DNA of 32,000 nt from positions 329,789-361,788 of the forward strand of contig JAMWCX010000001.1 of assembly GCA_023818895.1 (NCBI GenBank). Direction: 5' to 3'. This stretch comes from Candidatus Omnitrophota bacterium (GTDB lineage Bacteria > Omnitrophota > Gorgyraeia > 2-01-FULL-45-10). Below, piece after piece: positions 31,800 through 32,000 of this stretch. The translations under genes were made by a program, and so were the position numbers. The notes below the pieces were generated by a model. It ran no database searches. It was given only the letters and a program-made list of their open reading frames with translations, and was not told where the DNA came from. The first letter of the stretch is position 1. Each line of letters starts with the position of its first letter.

Positions 31800-32000
31800 C
31801 TACCAATCTCTCGCTGGTTCAGGCATGTCAATAGGTTTCCTCCGCATCTTAACAGATCTTCCGGTTGCCTCTTCGCCCTTGTATCCTTCAAGAAGCATCT
31901 TTGCCTCCTGCTCCGTCATCTCGCCCGGCTTAACCTCGCCCTGTGGAGCCTGGTAGACAGCAAGCCCCGCCTTCTCTTCAGCCTTCGATTCCTTATCCTC
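31800..32000 (-). CDS. C-terminal 66 codons of an upstream gene truncated by the window edge, possibly acetyl-CoA synthase (AcsB)
   Basis: Open frame ...EDKESKAEEKAGLAVYQAPQGEVKPGEMTEQEAKMLLEGYKGEEATGRSVKMRRKPIDMPEPARDW, ending with stop TAG at 31800-31802. The identity is inferred only from the acsB-acsC gene order in known acs operons. Confidence 0.35.
   Translation of the reverse strand, partial: EDKESKAEEKAGLAVYQAPQGEVKPGEMTEQEAKMLLEGYKGEEATGRSVKMRRKPIDMPEPARDW

Overview
All credible genes in this 32-kb window are on the minus strand.

**Positions 10.2-32 kb** are ordinary, tightly packed and often overlapping:
- A Wood-Ljungdahl carbonyl-branch cluster: probable acsB C-terminus, acsC, RACo/acsV-like activator, cooC/acsF, acsD, acsE, panB, panE, a second acsE-like methyltransferase and a DRTGG/Pta-N-like protein.
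- Then apbE, mnmA, a larE-like PP-loop enzyme, tRNA-Met(CAT), a small secreted LTXXQ protein, a NUDIX hydrolase, an HI0933-type flavoprotein, tilS, ftsH, folP, cdaA plus a YbbR-type partner, pdxJ, acpS, nnrD, tRNA-Thr(UGU) and tRNA-Tyr(GUA).

**Positions 2-9490** are the interesting part.
- The supplied ORF track shows only short plus-strand shadow ORFs here.
- Reading the reverse complement by hand gives one uninterrupted frame. It starts at ATG 9490 and runs off the left edge, giving at least 3163 codons. The track appears to omit ORFs without a stop inside the window.
- In order, the protein carries a signal anchor, a Tiki/TraB/GumN-like module, an agmatine-deiminase/PAD-like domain with a catalytic-type Cys, and a roughly 500-aa unassigned helical region.
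- It continues with a second TraB-like module, an HExxH M50B-like membrane module, a class I SAM methyltransferase and an M50 site-2-protease-like module (HExxH plus LDG).
- It ends with an SLT lytic transglycosylase, a CPBP/Abi intramembrane protease and an unassigned C-terminal part.
- I do not recognise this fusion as a described architecture. It fits the idea of giant envelope-active proteins in uncultivated anaerobes, for example Omnitrophota-like lineages where giant genes have been reported. Taxonomy cannot be proven from this window.

**Next to the giant gene:**
- An AT-rich leader with a near-consensus promoter.
- An exact 60-bp direct repeat that duplicates the 3' end of tRNA-Thr, which looks like an att-site scar.

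**Limits:** all domain calls rest on motif recognition by eye. No database search or structure prediction was run.
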